Source: an uncultured virus (IMG/VR IMGVR_UViG_3300028835_001893) | Lineage: Duplodnaviria; Heunggongvirae; Uroviricota; Caudoviricetes | DNA length: 64,000 nt | Direction: 5' to 3' (one strand) | Virus record (IMG/VR): IMGVR_UViG_3300028835_001893 | Part shown: in pieces, positions 62,919-64,000 of the stretch | Position numbering within the stretch: position 1 is the stretch's first letter | Layout of the letters: every line of letters begins with the position of its first letter | Notes under the pieces: generated by a model | Databases searched by the model: none | Told to the model about the DNA's origin: nothing | Seen by the model: only the letters and a program-made list of their open reading frames with translations | Translations under genes and position numbers: made by a program

Positions 62919-64000
62919 TATTATACTCCTCTATTAATTTAGTTAACTTCTCTTTTGTATTTAGTTCGGGTTCGTCAGTAACTTTATCTAAAAGAAAACT
63001 CAGAATCTTTCCAATTATTGGACTAGGACTAAAGCCAGTTATTTCTATTATATCATTCCCCTTCAAAACTAAATCTTTAAATCTATTTGGTGGTTTCTCG
63101 CTTATTACTTCTTCTATTGAACCCACCAAAGTCCTTGCTTCTTGTATACTATATGGGTGTCGTTTTAAGTTTCCTTTTTTGTCTGCTAATATCATACGAA
63201 GTAGGTCTTTGTATTCTATATTAGACTCATTTAATTCTCGTAGAACTCGTCTAATAGCCTTCTTATGGTTAGATCCAATATCTCGCATATGTAGATATAT
63301 TAGTTTAGAAATGTAGTTTACTTCTATATTTGAGAACTTCAAAGCACCTAATTCGTCTTTCACTAAATTGGACCCTGCTTCAACATGTCCCATAAATGTT
63401 AAGTCATTTGTTTTCGGATTTATTTTACATGCAACTGGCTTTCCTATATCATGTAGATAAGTTGCTAGTTTTAAAAGTGGATAACGAACTGAAATACAAT
63501 CACCACATATCATACTATGTTCAAATATATCTTCTAAATGATGTGGTCCATGTGGGTGGTCAATACAGTCTTCTAAAGAAGGAAAAATGTATTGTAAAGC
63601 TCGAATCTGATGTAGAGTTCTAAAAAAATTAGAAGCTTTTCTTATTTGCATTGTTTTTAGAACTTCTAATCGGACTCGTTCTGGCGAAACAAAAGTCTCT
63701 ATATATTCAGAATGACTAATTAAAGCATCCCATGAGTCCTTTTCGATAATTCCATCTAACTTCGTAACAAACCTACATGCCCTTATCATCCGGTTTGGAT
63801 CTTCAAATATTCTTTCACCTGGTTCTCCAACGAATCTTATTATCTTATGTTCTAAATCAAAAAGTCCATTATGTAGATCAATTACTTCTTTTTTGTTAAC
63901 ATCATAAGCCATTGCGTTAATAGTAAAGTCTCGACGAGATAAATCTTCTTCGAGAGTCACTGGGAAAGTAACTTCTACATCTTTGTTATTCCAACCATGA
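62902..64000 (-). CDS. cca: CCA-adding enzyme/poly(A) polymerase family nucleotidyltransferase with HD domain (5' end outside the window)
   Basis: DLSRRDFTINAMA, EDPNRMIRACRF, VSPERVRLE, HH.ED.FEH, LHDIGKP and L.GND...G..P.P.IGKIL. Confidence 0.88.
   Translation of the reverse strand, partial: HGWNNKDVEVTFPVTLEEDLSRRDFTINAMAYDVNKKEVIDLHNGLFDLEHKIIRFVGEPGERIFEDPNRMIRACRFVTKLDGIIEKDSWDALISHSEYIETFVSPERVRLEVLKTMQIRKASNFFRTLHQIRALQYIFPSLEDCIDHPHGPHHLEDIFEHSMICGDCISVRYPLLKLATYLHDIGKPVACKINPKTNDLTFMGHVEAGSNLVKDELGALKFSNIEVNYISKLIYLHMRDIGSNHKKAIRRVLRELNESNIEYKDLLRMILADKKGNLKRHPYSIQEARTLVGSIEEVISEKPPNRFKDLVLKGNDIIEITGFSPSPIIGKILSFLLDKVTDEPELNTKEKLTKLIEEYNNGRYN

Noticed and set aside
1..64000. Stop-codon reassignment (code 15 or 4)
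   Set aside because: Genes are intact and densely packed under code 11; TAG and TGA end genes directly before the next RBS.

Overview
AT-rich segment of a large (jumbo-type) tailed phage genome with a contractile tail sheath gene. The host is most plausibly a diderm bacterium, with weak hints of Desulfobacterota. Blocks of short minus-strand genes (1-11.7 kb, 23-29.9 kb, 50.7-53.5 kb, 56.4-64 kb) alternate with plus-strand structural and lysis blocks. Two recurring motifs mark the block boundaries: CTATATATATTAA on the minus strand (early-type) and RGAACAWA-N4-AAA on the plus strand (late-type). Recognisable elements are a tmRNA (tag ADDYYQEMRLAA, no encoded CCA), a CCA-adding-type nucleotidyltransferase, a Pol-beta-like nucleotidyltransferase, a radical SAM/SPASM enzyme, an SLT transglycosylase, an M15 peptidase, holin/spanin-like genes, tail fibre and baseplate genes, three glycosyltransferases, a pilin and a PagL-like barrel. 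Four candidates stand out as new biology. (1) A perfect 11-unit ARY-NN pentamer array lies directly upstream of an unannotated RAMP/Cas7-like gene at the left edge (VIPR-like RNA-guided system). (2) Six virion proteins carry long codon-diversified Thr/Ser mucin-like linkers and are co-expressed with glycosyltransferases. (3) A radical SAM enzyme is followed by five divergent proteins that share an N-terminal 'F(V/I)TNSS' motif. (4) One late gene has mRNA ends that can pair over 17 bp and a pseudoknot next to its RBS. All functional calls come from motif recognition by eye; no database searches were run.
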